Below are positions 63,901 to 64,000 of a stretch of 64,000 bases of DNA, in pieces. The translations under genes were made by a program, and so were the position numbers. Location: assembly GCA_009914755.4 (NCBI GenBank), contig CP086569.2, positions 22,656,001 to 22,720,000 of the forward strand. Reading direction: 5' to 3'. The notes beneath the pieces were generated by a model. It saw only the letters and a program-made list of their open reading frames with translations. It made no database searches and had not been told where the DNA came from. The DNA is from the human T2T-CHM13v2.0 reference genome, Homo sapiens. Within the stretch, counting starts at the first letter, position 1. Every line of letters begins with the position of its first letter.

Positions 63901-64000
63901 TCATCACCACAGGAAAAAAAAATCAACTGTGCTTTTTAATTTTTCCTTTACCCATCGTTAGTTGCATAACCATCATGTCTTGTTGACATGCGATCATTTC

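Overview
This window is primate, human-like nuclear DNA, not a prokaryotic locus. It contains Alu elements, L1 fragments, endogenous retroviruses (ERVs) and the 3' half of an RBMY-family gene, which argues for the Y chromosome (AZFb-type region). I found no long open reading frames other than remnants of transposable elements.

Layout of the window:

- **1-45038: macrosatellite array.** The repeat unit is about 2.45-2.51 kb. Units 1-15575 are in + orientation (6 full units and 1 partial). At ~15575 the array switches, with no intervening spacer, to the reverse-complement orientation, which runs 15576-45038 (8 units). Together the two blocks form a large imperfect palindrome with a ~345 bp central spacer.
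- **Three retroelement insertions in the inverted block:**
  - A solo LTR12 (HERV9 LTR) at 16349-16993.
  - A 6.0 kb HERV-K-superfamily (HML-group, betaretrovirus-like) provirus at 24982-31008 on the minus strand. It has a 6 bp target-site duplication GAGAAT, gag, dUTPase-protease and env remnants, a deleted pol, and an Alu inside its 5' LTR.
  - A 5.9 kb gammaretrovirus-like (class I) provirus at 31736-37680 on the minus strand. It has gag, protease, the RT N-terminus and env with an immunosuppressive domain. Most of pol is deleted, and a ~90 bp piece of the flanking satellite is embedded where pol should be.
- **45039-50345: AT-rich unique DNA.** It contains an old Alu, a (TA)n tract and a ~100 bp polypyrimidine tract.
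- **50346-50773: two opposite-orientation L1 fragments.**
- **50810-55375: a 4.5 kb GC-rich block** of unknown function.
- **55376-59000: Alu-rich DNA.**
- **59871-63000 (minus strand): the 3' half of an RBMY-family gene.** I recognise the last exon (ending ...KGDSSRY stop), the penultimate exon and four intact 111 bp SRGY-box exons, plus one dead SRGY pseudo-exon. Each SRGY exon sits in a ~0.54 kb tandem unit that is largely L1-ORF2-derived.

I found no rRNA, tRNA or CRISPR array, and no candidate novel defence or biosynthetic system. The interesting biology is structural: a palindromic satellite, nested ERVs, and exon-amplified RBMY.

All coordinates come from reading the sequence by eye, so boundaries are approximate to ±10 bp unless splice sites or LTR termini are stated. 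No searches against sequence or repeat databases (BLAST, RepeatMasker/Dfam) were run.
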